In this document: piece after piece, positions 1 to 10,645 of the stretch
Layout: the number at the start of each line of letters is the position of its first letter
Numbering within the stretch: the first letter of the stretch is position 1
The notes under the pieces: model-generated
Seen by the model: the letters and a program-made list of their open reading frames with translations, nothing else
The model's database searches: none
What the model was told of the DNA's origin: nothing
Origin: Verrucomicrobiia bacterium
Lineage (GTDB): Bacteria; Verrucomicrobiota; Verrucomicrobiia; Palsa-1439
Direction of reading: 5' to 3'
DNA: 64,000 nt
Assembly (NCBI GenBank): GCA_052146795.1
Contig: JBKQMH010000188.1
Coordinates: 2,996 to 66,995, forward strand
Made by a program: the position numbers and the translations under genes

Positions 1-2
1 CG

Positions 3-983
3 GATGCCGGTATCGAGGTGGCGAAAAGCGACCCCAACCGCATTGGCGTGCTGATCGGTTCGGGCATCGGCGGCATGGAAACCATCGAAGACCAGGTGGG
101 CACCCTCATCCGAAAAGGCCCGGGCCGCGTCTCGCCGTTCATGATTCCCATGCTCATCGTCAACATGGCCAGCGGCTACGTGTCGATGTTGGTGGGGGCA
201 AAGGGCCCGAACCTGGCGGTCGTGTCCGCCTGTGCGACCGCGACCCATGCGCTGGGGGAAGCGGCGCGGGCGATTGTCCACAATGATGCCGACATCATGA
301 TCGCCGGCGGCACCGAAGCGGCGATTACCCAGATGGGCTATGCCGGCTTTTGCGCCATGAAAGCCCTGAGCACCCGCAATGACGAACCCGAACGCGCCAG
401 CCGCCCATTTGACGCGCAGCGCGATGGATTCGTCATGGGCGAAGGCGCCGGCGTTTGCATTCTCGAATCGCTCGAGCACGCCCGCAAGCGTCACGCGAAG
501 ATCTACGCCGAAGTCGCCGGCTATGGTATCACTGGCGACGCCTACCACATGAGCGCACCCGCTCCCGAAGGCGAAGGCGCGGCCCGGTCGATGGCGATGG
601 CCTTGAAACACGCCGGGCTCAACCCGGAAGAAGTCGATTACATCAACGCCCACGGCACCTCAACCCCGGTGGGGGACAAGTGTGAAACCCAGGCGATCAA
701 GACGGTGTTCGGCGCTCATGCGAAAAAACTCGCGGTCAGTTCCACCAAATCCATGACCGGCCATCTGCTCGGTGCTGCCGGCGCGGTCGAGACCGCTGTC
801 TGTGCGCTGGCGATCCGCGACGGCATGATTCCGCCGACCATTAACTACGAGAATCCCGATCCCGAATGTGATCTCGACTACGTGCCGAACAAGGCCCGCC
901 AGACAAACGTCCGCGCCTGTATGAACAACTCCCTCGGCTTTGGCGGCCACAACGCCACCCTCATCGTCAAACGCCACGAGTAA
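3..983 (+). CDS. fabF: 3-oxoacyl-ACP synthase II (KAS II), 5' truncated by window edge
   Basis: Motifs SACAT (catalytic Cys), [28 protein letters not shown]; frame is open back to position 3. Confidence 0.95.
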   Translation, partial: DAGIEVAKSDPNRIGVLIGSGIGGMETIEDQVGTLIRKGPGRVSPFMIPMLIVNMASGYVSMLVGAKGPNLAVVSACATATHALGEAARAIVHNDADIMIAGGTEAAITQMGYAGFCAMKALSTRNDEPERASRPFDAQRDGFVMGEGAGVCILESLEHARKRHAKIYAEVAGYGITGDAYHMSAPAPEGEGAARSMAMALKHAGLNPEEVDYINAHGTSTPVGDKCETQAIKTVFGAHAKKLAVSSTKSMTGHLLGAAGAVETAVCALAIRDGMIPPTINYENPDPECDLDYVPNKARQTNVRACMNNSLGFGGHNATLIVKRHE

Positions 984-1069
984 TCGTCGCGGCTTGGCGT
1001 TGGCGCCACTGGCTCATCCACCATAAAACGCTCGCGTCGCGGCGGTGATTTTGTTATGAGCGGCCCACC

Positions 1070-1840
1070 ATGAGCGCCAAGATCAATGTCACGATTTGGA
1101 ATGAATTCCGCCACGAGCGCAAGAATGAGGCGGTAAAGAAGATTTATCCCGACGGCATGCACGCCGCGATTGCCAAAGGGTTATCCGCGTCGAAAGACCT
1201 GGCGTGCCGGACGGCGACGCTGGATGAGCCGGAACATGGATTGCCCGAGAGCGTACTGAAGGAGACGGATGTCTTGATCTGGTGGGGCCACCTTGCCCAT
1301 GGCGATGTGATGGACGAAATCGTGAAGCGCGTCCAACAGCAGGTGCTTTCCGGTATGGGCCTGATCGTCCTGCATTCGGCCCATTACTCGAAGATTTTTC
1401 GTGCACTGATGGGCACGAATTGTTCCCTGAAATGGCGTGAGGCCGACGAGACGGAACGCCTCTGGAACCTCGCGCCCGGTCATCCCATTACGGAAGGTTT
1501 GGGGGAATACTTCGAGTTGCCGTATGAAGAAATGTACGGCGAACGCTTCGACATTCCCGAGCCGGACAGGCTCGTGTTCATTTCGTGGTTTGAAGGCGGT
1601 GAAGTGTTTCGCAGCGGCTGCTGCTGGGAACGCGGGAATGGCCGCGTGTTCTATTTCCGACCCGGCCACGAAGCGTATCCAACCTATCACGATGCGAACG
1701 TCATCCGCGTGATCGGCAACGCCTGCCGTTGGGCGCGCCGTCGCGTGACGCTGCCAACCGACAAGGCGCCAAATGCACCGGCCATCGAGTCGATCAAGAA
1801 AAAGAGCGCGCATTTCGGTCGCGCCGGAGTTCAACAGTGA
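1070..1840 (+). CDS. ThuA-like (trehalose utilisation, class I GATase-like) protein
   Basis: [39 protein letters not shown] are characteristic of ThuA. Confidence 0.88.
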   Translation: MSAKINVTIWNEFRHERKNEAVKKIYPDGMHAAIAKGLSASKDLACRTATLDEPEHGLPESVLKETDVLIWWGHLAHGDVMDEIVKRVQQQVLSGMGLIVLHSAHYSKIFRALMGTNCSLKWREADETERLWNLAPGHPITEGLGEYFELPYEEMYGERFDIPEPDRLVFISWFEGGEVFRSGCCWERGNGRVFYFRPGHEAYPTYHDANVIRVIGNACRWARRRVTLPTDKAPNAPAIESIKKKSAHFGRAGVQQ

Positions 1841-2883
1841 CGAAACTTCGGGTCGGCGTCATCGGTTTGGGCATCGGACGATCGCACATCCGCGGCTATC
1901 AGTCGCATCCGGGCGCCGAGGTCGTGGCCATCGCCGATCTCGATGAGACGCGTCTGAAAGTGTCGGGCGACGAGTTCAAGGTGCCCCACCGGTATCGCGA
2001 CGCGCAGGAGATGCTCACGAAGGAGAAGCTCGACGTCGTGAGCGTGTGCACGCCGAACAAGTTCCACAAGCCGCTCACACTGGCGGCCCTGAAGGCCGGT
2101 TGCCACGTGCTCTGCGAAAAACCGATGGCAATGAACACCGCGGAAGCGCGCGAAATGTTGGCGGCGGCGAAGAACGTCAAAAAACGGTTGATGATCAATT
2201 TCTCGTATCGCTTCCTCCTGCAATCGTGGGCGCTCAAGGCACAGATTGATGCGGGTGCGCTCGGGGAGATTTACTACGCGCGCACGATTTGGCTTCGCCG
2301 TCGCGGCCTACCGGGATTTGGCGGTTGGTTCGGACAGAAGGAACTCTCCGGCGGCGGGCCGATCATCGATCTTGGCGTGCATCGGCTCGACCTCGCGTTG
2401 TGGTTGATGGGCTACCCGAAACCGGTCTGGGTGCTGGCGAGCACCTACAACGCCATTGGGTCGCGCGTCGCGGAAGAAAAGGGCGCGAAATTCGATGTGG
2501 AAGACTTCGGGGTGGCGCTGATCAAATTCCAGAACGGCGCGACGCTGGAACTCGAGGCCTCGTGGACGTCGTACATCGCCGAGCAGGAATTGATGGAGAC
2601 GCGGTTGTTCGGCACGCTCGGCGGCGCCGTGCAACGCAACGTCGGCGAAGGCTACAAATTTGAATCGGAACTCTTCGTCGAGCGCAATGGCGTGCACTAT
2701 GATATGAAACTGCATCATCCGCCTGGGCCGGACGTGCCGAACCAGTACCAGCACTTCATCGACAGCATCATGCACGACAAACCGCATATCGCCACGGGCG
2801 AAGAGGGGCTGGTTGTAATGGAATTGCTCGACGCGATCTACGAAAGCGCGGCCACCGGCAAGCCGGTACAAATCAAAGAGTAG
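1837..2883 (+). CDS. Gfo/Idh/MocA family oxidoreductase
   Basis: GVIGLGIG Rossmann fold, [18 protein letters not shown]; GTG start overlaps the upstream stop (GTGA). Confidence 0.92.
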   Translation: MTKLRVGVIGLGIGRSHIRGYQSHPGAEVVAIADLDETRLKVSGDEFKVPHRYRDAQEMLTKEKLDVVSVCTPNKFHKPLTLAALKAGCHVLCEKPMAMNTAEAREMLAAAKNVKKRLMINFSYRFLLQSWALKAQIDAGALGEIYYARTIWLRRRGLPGFGGWFGQKELSGGGPIIDLGVHRLDLALWLMGYPKPVWVLASTYNAIGSRVAEEKGAKFDVEDFGVALIKFQNGATLELEASWTSYIAEQELMETRLFGTLGGAVQRNVGEGYKFESELFVERNGVHYDMKLHHPPGPDVPNQYQHFIDSIMHDKPHIATGEEGLVVMELLDAIYESAATGKPVQIKE

Positions 2884-4024
2884 CGGTCACGCGCCGCTGG
2901 GTCCAGACCACCATCATCTGCAGCCCGACGAGCGCGACTTGCATGACCGCACAGAAGAAATAGGGGACGCGCAGGCCGTGGCTGTTCCCGACCCAGCCGG
3001 CGAGCATCGGCCCGAAAAACATTCCGCTGCCGACGACGGCCTCGTGGAACCCGCTGCCCTTGCCCTTCTCGGACATTTCTTCCAGTGTGAAATAAATGCT
3101 CGCTTGGTACGTATATCCGGATGCCGCGCCGCCGATGATCCACGCCACGGCAAACATCCACGTCGCGTGGGCGAAGCCAATCCAGACGATGCTGGCTGCG
3201 CAACCCAGTTGCGCAATCCACAGCGGCCAGAGACGTGTCCGCCAGAACATGAGGAATTGCAATCCGGCGAAAGCCACCAACGCCGCCGCGCGTCCGGCCG
3301 CGAGCAACCCGCCATGCACGTCGGCGCCGATCCCGAGATGGGTCGCCAGTTGCGGGAACAGCGCCGCGGTGCCGGCGAGCGCAAAGTTTGTCGCAAAATT
3401 CGCCAGCCAGGCCGTCTTGCGAAACCCGCGGCCCTTGGGAATTTCCATGGTTTCATCCAGTTGTGAGCCGACGGTTGGGGCGACGGACGCTTGTTGTGCG
3501 GGTAACAACAGCAGAACCGCGATCAGCAGGATCACACCGGCCGAGCCATAGAATGGCAGCCTCGGCCCAAACTCGAACAGAATCCCTGAAAGGGAGTAGC
3601 CGAGCAACAGGCCGATGTTCCACGCCACACCGAAGGTCGTCAACCGCGCGGCAAGGGCGTGGCCGCTGAGTCCTTCCCCAAGCCACGCAATAATCGATGG
3701 CCAGAAACACGACAGGCCGGCGCCGAACATGGCGCTGAACACCAGTAGCAGGCCGATCTGCGTCGTCAGCGAACACGCCAGTGTCATGATCGCCGCGATG
3801 ACACATCCGACGAAAGCGAGCTTCCGTCGGCCGACCCGATCGGACACACGCCCCGTCACCAGCGCCAGCACCGCGTACAGGCCGATCCAGACCGCCCCCA
3901 ACCAACCAAGGTCCGACGCGCTCGCCCCCAGCTCAGCCGCCCGACGGCTGATTGCAAAGATCACCGCCGCCACGCTCATGTCCATCAGCAGTGAGACGAG
4001 ATACAGAATAGCAAGCTGGCTCAT
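2873..4024 (-). CDS. MFS transporter
   Basis: About 12 hydrophobic segments and motif A (GRVSDRVGRR). Confidence 0.9.
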   Translation of the reverse strand: MSQLAILYLVSLLMDMSVAAVIFAISRRAAELGASASDLGWLGAVWIGLYAVLALVTGRVSDRVGRRKLAFVGCVIAAIMTLACSLTTQIGLLLVFSAMFGAGLSCFWPSIIAWLGEGLSGHALAARLTTFGVAWNIGLLLGYSLSGILFEFGPRLPFYGSAGVILLIAVLLLLPAQQASVAPTVGSQLDETMEIPKGRGFRKTAWLANFATNFALAGTAALFPQLATHLGIGADVHGGLLAAGRAAALVAFAGLQFLMFWRTRLWPLWIAQLGCAASIVWIGFAHATWMFAVAWIIGGAASGYTYQASIYFTLEEMSEKGKGSGFHEAVVGSGMFFGPMLAGWVGNSHGLRVPYFFCAVMQVALVGLQMMVVWTQRRVTATL

Positions 4025-4166
4025 TTAAGAACGCGCACTATAGCGGCTTCCGGGACAGCTTGTCGACAAGAGGAATAGACGGCAGGAATGTCCTCTGCCG
4101 ATAGCGAAAATGCCAAAGTCCACTCTGTCATTCATTTTTTGGCGGCGGTCGGTATAATGGTCGGCC

Positions 4167-4814
4167 ATGCAACTACTTCTCGCGTCGCGCAACCGGGACA
4201 AGCTCAAGGAACTGACCGCCATGCTGCAGGATTTGCAGCTCGACGTACTCTCGTTGGCGGACTTGCCCAATCTGCCGGGAGTCGTCGAGGACGGTGCGAC
4301 GATCCGCGACAACGCGGTCAAGAAAGCGGTGCAGATAGCGCGGATGGCAAAAAAATTGACGCTGGCCGACGACACGGGGCTGGAAGTGGATATGTTGAAA
4401 GGCGAGCCAGGAGTGCGGTCGGCGCGGTTCGCCGGCGACGAGGCGACCTATCACGAGAACAACAAGAAGCTGCTTAAGATGCTCGAAGGCGTAGCCTACG
4501 AAAAACGGACAGCACGGTTTCGCTGCGTGGTCGCGATCGCGGACGAGAACGGGTTGTACGATTGCGCCGAGGGGATCTGCAACGGGACGATTCTGGAGGC
4601 CGAGCGCGGTGGCAGCGGGTTCGGGTATGATCCGCTCTTCCTTGCGGACGGCCAGACAAAGACGTTTGCGGAACTTTCGCTCGAGGTGAAAAACCGTATC
4701 AGCCATCGCGCCAAGGCGATGCAAAAAGCCTGGGCCTTATTGTCGCGGTACCTGAGGGAGAAGGGCGGGGGAACGAGTGATTCGCCGGTTCCGCCGCGCC
4801 GCGAGCGGGCATGA
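4167..4814 (+). CDS. rdgB: Non-canonical purine NTP pyrophosphatase (dITP/XTP; RdgB/HAM1)
   Basis: ASRNRDKLKE, LADDTGL, GFGYDP, KNRISHR motifs; TATAAT at 4153-4158. Confidence 0.93.
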   Translation: MQLLLASRNRDKLKELTAMLQDLQLDVLSLADLPNLPGVVEDGATIRDNAVKKAVQIARMAKKLTLADDTGLEVDMLKGEPGVRSARFAGDEATYHENNKKLLKMLEGVAYEKRTARFRCVVAIADENGLYDCAEGICNGTILEAERGGSGFGYDPLFLADGQTKTFAELSLEVKNRISHRAKAMQKAWALLSRYLREKGGGTSDSPVPPRRERA

Positions 4815-5527
4815 AGGCCTTTATCCTCGCCGCGGGCCTCGGCACGCGGCTGCGATCGCTGGGACTGGACGTGCCGAAGGTGATGGTGCCGATTGGCGGC
4901 AAACCCTTGCTGGAGCACCATCTGGAGTTGTTCAAGCGGCAGGGAATCCGCGAATTCATCGTCAATCTGCACTACCTTCCTGAGAAGATCACCGATTACT
5001 TCGGTGATGGCAGGAAGTTCGGCGTGTCCATCACCTACTCACATGAGCCGGAATTGCTGGGCACTGCCGGCGCGGTCAAGAAGATGGAGACGGATCTACG
5101 CGGCGGGTCATTCATTGTATTTTACGGCGACAATCTGGTGCGGGTCGATTTCGCACCGCTCGTAGAGTTCCATCGCGCGCGTCAGGCCGAGGTGACGGTG
5201 GCGTTGTTCGCCTCACCTGAACCGTGGACGGGCGGGGTGGTGGAAACGGATTCGAACGGCCGGGTGCTTCGATTTGTCGAAAAACCCGACCGAAAACAGG
5301 TTTCGACAAATCTGATCAGCGCTGGTATCTTGGTGCTTGAGCCGCGAGTTCTGGATGTGATTCCAGCCGGTCAGTTTTATGATTTCGGGCGGGATGTATT
5401 CCCGAAGTTGCTGGCGGAACGTCGGCCGGTATACGCGATGGAGCCCAAGGCGTACATCCAGGACGTGGGAACGCCCGAACGATTGGCCAAAGCACAGCGT
5501 GACTTTGAAAAGGGAGCGTTGAAGTGA
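4811..5527 (+). CDS. Sugar-phosphate nucleotidyltransferase, probably heptose-1-P guanylyltransferase (HddC-like)
   Basis: ILAAGLGTRL...PK, GTAGA, FVEKP, DVGTPE; adjacent to hddA and gmhA. Confidence 0.85.
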   Translation: MKAFILAAGLGTRLRSLGLDVPKVMVPIGGKPLLEHHLELFKRQGIREFIVNLHYLPEKITDYFGDGRKFGVSITYSHEPELLGTAGAVKKMETDLRGGSFIVFYGDNLVRVDFAPLVEFHRARQAEVTVALFASPEPWTGGVVETDSNGRVLRFVEKPDRKQVSTNLISAGILVLEPRVLDVIPAGQFYDFGRDVFPKLLAERRPVYAMEPKAYIQDVGTPERLAKAQRDFEKGALK

Positions 5528-6504
5528 TTATTACCCAGACACCGTTGCGCATCTCGCTTGCCGGCGGGGGAACGGATTTCGCCGAGTTCTATGAGAAGAA
5601 TGGCGGATGTGTGGTCAGCACGGCCATCGACAAGTACGTCTATTGCATCGTCAAGGAACGGTTCGACGACAAGATCTACGTGAACTGGACAAAGAAGGAG
5701 ATTGTCGAGTCCATCGATCAGATCGAGCACGAATTGGTGCGGGAGGCCCTGCGCAAGGTCGGGGTGGTCAAGGGCATCGAAATTTCCTTTCTTTCGGACA
5801 TCCCCGCGGAAGGGTCGGGCTTGGGATCATCGAGTACCGTGACCGTTGGCGTCCTCAACGCCCTGTACCACTACGTCGGGGCCATCCCGACGCCGGAACG
5901 GCTGGCTCGCGAGGCGTGTGACATCGAAATTCGGATTCTGGGCAAGCCCATTGGCGTACAGGACCAGTACATCGCAGCGTACGGGGGATTGCGCTGCTTC
6001 GAGTTTGGGCCGGGGCCGGCGGTGACCGTTTCATCGGTCGAGACGACGCGTACGGCGCTGGAGGATCTGGATAACATGCTTATGTTGTTCTACACCGGCA
6101 AGACCCGGCAGGCGTCCTCTATTCTGTCAGAGCAGAAATCCAATATCGATGGAAAGGTGGAAATCCTGAAACAGATGACCCGCCAGGCACATCAAGTGCG
6201 GCGTCTGGTGGAACTGGGGGACATTGATGGCTTGGGTGCCGTACTGCACCAAGGTTGGGAGGCGAAACGAAAGCTCGCCCAAGGCGTCAGTAGTGGCGAG
6301 TTGGACGAGATTTACGAGCGCGCGGTAAAGGCCGGCGCGATTGGCGGGAAGATTTCCGGTGCCGGCGGGGGCGGGTTTTTCCTGCTGTGCGTGCCCAGCG
6401 ACAAGCGCCAATCGGTCCGCCACGCGTTGGCCAACCTCCGCGAAATGCCGTTCCGACTGGAGCGGGGGGGGAGCCGGATCGTATTGAATTTGCAACGGTA
6501 CTAA
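5524..6504 (+). CDS. hddA: GHMP kinase, D-glycero-D-manno-heptose 7-phosphate kinase (HddA-like)
   Basis: TPLRISLAGGGTD, PAEGSGLGSSS, GVQDQY, GKISGAGGGG. Confidence 0.85.
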   Translation: MIITQTPLRISLAGGGTDFAEFYEKNGGCVVSTAIDKYVYCIVKERFDDKIYVNWTKKEIVESIDQIEHELVREALRKVGVVKGIEISFLSDIPAEGSGLGSSSTVTVGVLNALYHYVGAIPTPERLAREACDIEIRILGKPIGVQDQYIAAYGGLRCFEFGPGPAVTVSSVETTRTALEDLDNMLMLFYTGKTRQASSILSEQKSNIDGKVEILKQMTRQAHQVRRLVELGDIDGLGAVLHQGWEAKRKLAQGVSSGELDEIYERAVKAGAIGGKISGAGGGGFFLLCVPSDKRQSVRHALANLREMPFRLERGGSRIVLNLQRY

Positions 6505-6507
6505 ACC

Positions 6508-7104
6508 ATGAAAACAGCCAGCGACTTTGCGAAAGATTACCTCAGCGGATTGAAAGACGTCCTGGATCGCCTTCCACTCAAACCCATCGACGAGATCATC
6601 CGTGTGATCGAACAGGCGCGGGACGAGGGGCGGCAGATCTTCGTTATCGGCAACGGCGGCAGCGCAGCGACCGCATCGCACATGATGAACGATTTATGCA
6701 AGGGTACGCTCGGCCACAAGGGCGACGCACCCTGGCCGCGGTTGCGCGTGATTGCGTTGACCGACAACGTATCGTTGATGACCGCTTGGGCAAACGATAC
6801 TGACTTCAACCACATTTTCAGCGAGCCGCTCAAAAACCTGGCGCAACGCGGGGATGTTCTCGTGGCGATATCGGCGTCGGGGAACTCGCCCAATATCATC
6901 GCGGCCGTCGAAGCAGCGAAGCAAATCGGCGTGACCGTACTCGGTTTGGCGGGATTCACCGGTGGCAAACTTTCCAAGCTGGCGGATGTATCGCTGGTCG
7001 TTCCTTCCGATGGTTATGGCCCGGTGGAAGACATCCACATGATCCTCGACCATATCATCACCAGCTATCTCTACGAGAAATTGAAGGCCACGCACTCCCG
7101 GTAA
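6508..7104 (+). CDS. gmhA: Phosphoheptose isomerase (SIS domain)
   Basis: GNGGSAATASH, TAWAND, AISASGNSPN, VEDIH. Confidence 0.88.
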   Translation: MKTASDFAKDYLSGLKDVLDRLPLKPIDEIIRVIEQARDEGRQIFVIGNGGSAATASHMMNDLCKGTLGHKGDAPWPRLRVIALTDNVSLMTAWANDTDFNHIFSEPLKNLAQRGDVLVAISASGNSPNIIAAVEAAKQIGVTVLGLAGFTGGKLSKLADVSLVVPSDGYGPVEDIHMILDHIITSYLYEKLKATHSR

Positions 7105-7108
7105 GCGC

Positions 7109-8233
7109 ATGAGCAAAGGTCGAGCGCTGATTACGGGCGGGGCGGGGTTTATCGGGTCGCATACCGCGGTGGAACTGTTGAGTGCCGGCTATGACGTGCG
7201 CGCGCTCGACAGTCTGACACCGCCGGTGCATCTCGGCGACGGAACGTGGCCCGACTGGCTGTCCAAGGACGTCGAACGCGTCACGGGGGACGTGCGCAAC
7301 CGCGACGATTGGGCGAAGGCGCTACGCGGGGTGGACGTCGTGATCCATCTGGCGGCCTACCAGGATTTGTTGCCGAATTTCTCGCAATTCTTCCATGTGA
7401 ACTCGGTCGGGACGGCGCTGCTATATGAACTGATCGTCGCGAAGAAACTCCCGGTGCGCAAGGTGGTCGTGGCCAGCAGCCAGTTCGTCTACGGGGAAGG
7501 TCGATACCAGTGTCCGAAGGACGGCGAAGTGTTTCCGGATGGTCGCGAACCACAGCGGTTGGACAAGCGGTTGTGGGAACCGGTTTGTCCGAAATGCGGC
7601 GGCCTCATCAAGCCATTGCCGTTGCTCGAGACGCACGCCAACCCGGAAAATCAGTATTCCATCGCGAAATACTCTCAGGAACTGATGGCCATCGCGCTGG
7701 GTCGTAACTACGGCATCCCCAGCACAGCGCTACGCTACTCGATCGTGCAGGGACCCCACCAGTCATTCCGTAACGCCTACTCGGGCGTGCTGCGCATTTT
7801 CACCCTGCAGATGATGAGGGGGCAGCCGCCGTCGGTGTTTGAGGACGGCCAGCAGTTGCGGGACTACGTCAACGTGGGCGACGTGGCGCGGGCCAACCGA
7901 CTCGTGCTCGAGAGTGACGAGGCCAACGATCAGGTGTTCAACGTTGGCGGCGGACGCGGCTACACGGTTGTCGAATTTGCCGGCATCGTGGCGGAAGCGT
8001 TGGGCGCAAAGATCGAACCGAACGTGAGCGGCGAATACCGCGTCGGCGACACGCGCCACAGCGTTTCGGACATCACAAAGCTCCAACGACTCGGCTGGCA
8101 GCCGACGCGAACGCCGCGCGACAGCGTGCGCGATTATATCGAATGGATCCGACGCCAGAAGTTAGAGAAGGATTACGCCGCCGAAGCGCTCGCCACGCTC
8201 CGCGAAATGGGGGCGTTGCGGAAGGCCGGTTGA
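7109..8233 (+). CDS. NAD-dependent epimerase/dehydratase (extended SDR)
   Basis: TGGAGFIGSH, YSIAK (YxxxK), RDYVNV; Cys-containing insertion CPKD...CPKC. Confidence 0.9.
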   Translation: MSKGRALITGGAGFIGSHTAVELLSAGYDVRALDSLTPPVHLGDGTWPDWLSKDVERVTGDVRNRDDWAKALRGVDVVIHLAAYQDLLPNFSQFFHVNSVGTALLYELIVAKKLPVRKVVVASSQFVYGEGRYQCPKDGEVFPDGREPQRLDKRLWEPVCPKCGGLIKPLPLLETHANPENQYSIAKYSQELMAIALGRNYGIPSTALRYSIVQGPHQSFRNAYSGVLRIFTLQMMRGQPPSVFEDGQQLRDYVNVGDVARANRLVLESDEANDQVFNVGGGRGYTVVEFAGIVAEALGAKIEPNVSGEYRVGDTRHSVSDITKLQRLGWQPTRTPRDSVRDYIEWIRRQKLEKDYAAEALATLREMGALRKAG

Positions 8234-8240
8234 ACCGACC

Positions 8241-8993
8241 ATGGAAGCCCGCCCGTACCTCTCAGTCGTCATACCCGCGTACAACGAGGAGGAGAGACTC
8301 AATCGGTACGTGCCGGGAATGGTCGAGTTCTTGCAATCGAAGGGACGTCCATTCGAGATTGTCGTGGTCAATGATGGCAGCCGGGACCGCACGGCGCAGG
8401 TAGCGCGTGAGTTGTCCCAGACATTTCCAATGTTACGGTTGATCGAGCTGAATCCGAATCGCGGCAAGGGTGGGGCCGTGAAAGCCGGCATGCTCGACGC
8501 GCGGGGCGAGTACGTCCTGTTCACTGACGCCGACCAGAGCACGCCCATTTCCGAAGTGGACAAGCTGCTCCAGAAAATGGAAGTGGACGGATACGACATG
8601 GCGATTGGCTCCCGGTCGATGCCGGGTGCCCGCGTAGAACAACCGCAGGCATGGCACCGCGCGCTGGCCGGTAAACTGTTTGGCCTCGGGACCCGGTTAT
8701 TGTGTGTTCATGGAATCCGCGACACCCAGTGTGGCTTCAAGGCGATGAAACATGCAGTCGCGCAGAAAGTGTTCCCGCAGGTCACGTCGGACACGGCCAT
8801 CTTCGACATTGAAATGTTGGTGGTCGCGACCCGCGAGGGATACCGCATCGCCGAGGTCGCGGTACAGTGGGTGCACGATCCCGATACGCGTATCCCGTAC
8901 AACTTGCGCCGCGCGGCAAGAATCTGGATTGAGTTATGGCGAATTCATCGCGCGCAAAAGGTCGTTTGGTCACTGAAAGCGCGAACACAGTGA
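8241..8993 (+). CDS. GT2 polyprenyl/dolichyl-phosphate glycosyltransferase (ALG5-like)
   Basis: VVIPAYNEE, NDGSRD, NRGKGGAV, FTDAD, DTQCGFK. Confidence 0.9.
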   Translation: MEARPYLSVVIPAYNEEERLNRYVPGMVEFLQSKGRPFEIVVVNDGSRDRTAQVARELSQTFPMLRLIELNPNRGKGGAVKAGMLDARGEYVLFTDADQSTPISEVDKLLQKMEVDGYDMAIGSRSMPGARVEQPQAWHRALAGKLFGLGTRLLCVHGIRDTQCGFKAMKHAVAQKVFPQVTSDTAIFDIEMLVVATREGYRIAEVAVQWVHDPDTRIPYNLRRAARIWIELWRIHRAQKVVWSLKARTQ

Positions 8994-10645
8994 GCGCACA
9001 ACCTGCAAAGCGCGGCGGCCAACTCCCGTTGAGCATCGAATGGCTGATCCTGGCAGGGATTGTCGCGGTGGGTGCCTGGTTGCGGTTTCAGCACCCGGAA
9101 CTGCTTGAGTTCAAGAGTGACGAGGCGTTTGCGGCCAATCAGGCCTTGGAATTTGTCCGGGGCGGCAAATTACCGACCTCCGGCTTGATGTCGAGTGTGG
9201 GGGTATCGAATCCGCCACTGTTCGTATGGCTGTTGATCCCCATGTTTTTCCTGACCTCGAACATCGCCGTCGTCTGCGGCATGATTTCCGCGTTGGGACT
9301 GGCCGCGGTGGTCGCGACCTGGTGGATCGGGCGAAGGTACTACGGTTCTGTGAGCGGTCTGGTGGCGGCAGCGTTGTTCGCGTCGGGTCCGTGGGCGGTC
9401 GTGTATTCGCGGAAAATCTGGGCTCAGGACTTCGTACCGGTGCTTGCCACCGGGGCGATGTGGGCGGCGCACTCGCTGATTCTCGGCAAGAACCCGAAGG
9501 CGATTTTTTGGCTGCTGTGCCTGCCGCTGTGTGTGATCCAGATTCACTACAGCGGGTTTGCGCTGACGGCGAGCGCCATCGCCGTTGTCGTACTCCTTCG
9601 CCCAAGGATCAATTGGCGATTTGCGGTGGCCGGCGTCGCGCTGGCGGTTGTGTTGGCGATGCCCTACGTAATCGCGCAACAGAAGACCGGCTGGGCCGAG
9701 TGGAAGCGCATGTCCGAAGAAGGCAGCAGTCGCCACTGGGAGCAACTTCCGCGAGGGATGACGATCAATCCGCAAAGCGGGTATCCGTTTCCCCGTCGCC
9801 CGACCGAGGCGTGGCGTCACGCGCTGGCCATCATGAACAGCGGCGAAATCGAGGACATACTGGGCTTGAGCACGAGTGAGGCATTTGACCCAAATCGAAT
9901 CTGGTCCAGCAAAGGTTCGGGGCAGAACCGGTATTTCGATACCACGCTTACATTGGGAGACTGGCTGCCGGCGTTGCAACAACTGGCATTCTCCATTGCG
10001 CTGGTTTGGTTTGGCGTGAAGGCCTTGAAATCAGCGAAGACCTTGTTTCACCGCCAGGTGACAGCGGACGAGGAATCAAAGAAGGCGTGGATACTGGTCC
10101 TGTGGGTTGTGGTCCCACTCGCTGTATATCTTTTGGCCGGGCTCTGGACATATCTATCGTACTACGTCATTCTGTATCCCGTCTTTTTCGTGGCCCTTGG
10201 GGCGCTCGCTCAACGGGCTGTTCCGCCAAAGATTCTGGTTGCGGGAATCGCAGCCTTCATCGTCGGTAACATTGTGTCCATGCTCGATGTGAACCGGTAT
10301 TTGGTTCAGTACGGCGGGGCTCAAGGGACGTATGGATCGGGGCTCGGGTTCAAACAGGCGGCAGCGGAGTATGTCGCGGCGCGCGGAGACGCCCGGGAAT
10401 TTGTCAAGGAGAACCGATTGCTGCAAATGGACCGGTGGCAGCGCGTGGAACCAGCACAATTGGACCTGCCATTCCTTGCCACAATGCGCGGACAGGGGCA
10501 GGGGCAGGGGAACCAGTTGGCGACGAATTCGATCATGCTCGTGGTGGATGACAATCGGACCAGCTACGATGCCAGCCGGGTGAATTTTGGCGGGACGGGG
10601 ACGAACTTCGGCCCGGTGCGCGTTTACATTATCAACCGACAATGA
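8990..10645 (+). CDS. GT-C (ArnT/PMT-like) membrane glycosyltransferase
   Basis: DE motif after first TM (FKSDEA), NPPLFVWL, many TM helices; GTG overlaps upstream stop. Confidence 0.8.
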   Translation: MSAQPAKRGGQLPLSIEWLILAGIVAVGAWLRFQHPELLEFKSDEAFAANQALEFVRGGKLPTSGLMSSVGVSNPPLFVWLLIPMFFLTSNIAVVCGMISALGLAAVVATWWIGRRYYGSVSGLVAAALFASGPWAVVYSRKIWAQDFVPVLATGAMWAAHSLILGKNPKAIFWLLCLPLCVIQIHYSGFALTASAIAVVVLLRPRINWRFAVAGVALAVVLAMPYVIAQQKTGWAEWKRMSEEGSSRHWEQLPRGMTINPQSGYPFPRRPTEAWRHALAIMNSGEIEDILGLSTSEAFDPNRIWSSKGSGQNRYFDTTLTLGDWLPALQQLAFSIALVWFGVKALKSAKTLFHRQVTADEESKKAWILVLWVVVPLAVYLLAGLWTYLSYYVILYPVFFVALGALAQRAVPPKILVAGIAAFIVGNIVSMLDVNRYLVQYGGAQGTYGSGLGFKQAAAEYVAARGDAREFVKENRLLQMDRWQRVEPAQLDLPFLATMRGQGQGQGNQLATNSIMLVVDDNRTSYDASRVNFGGTGTNFGPVRVYIINRQ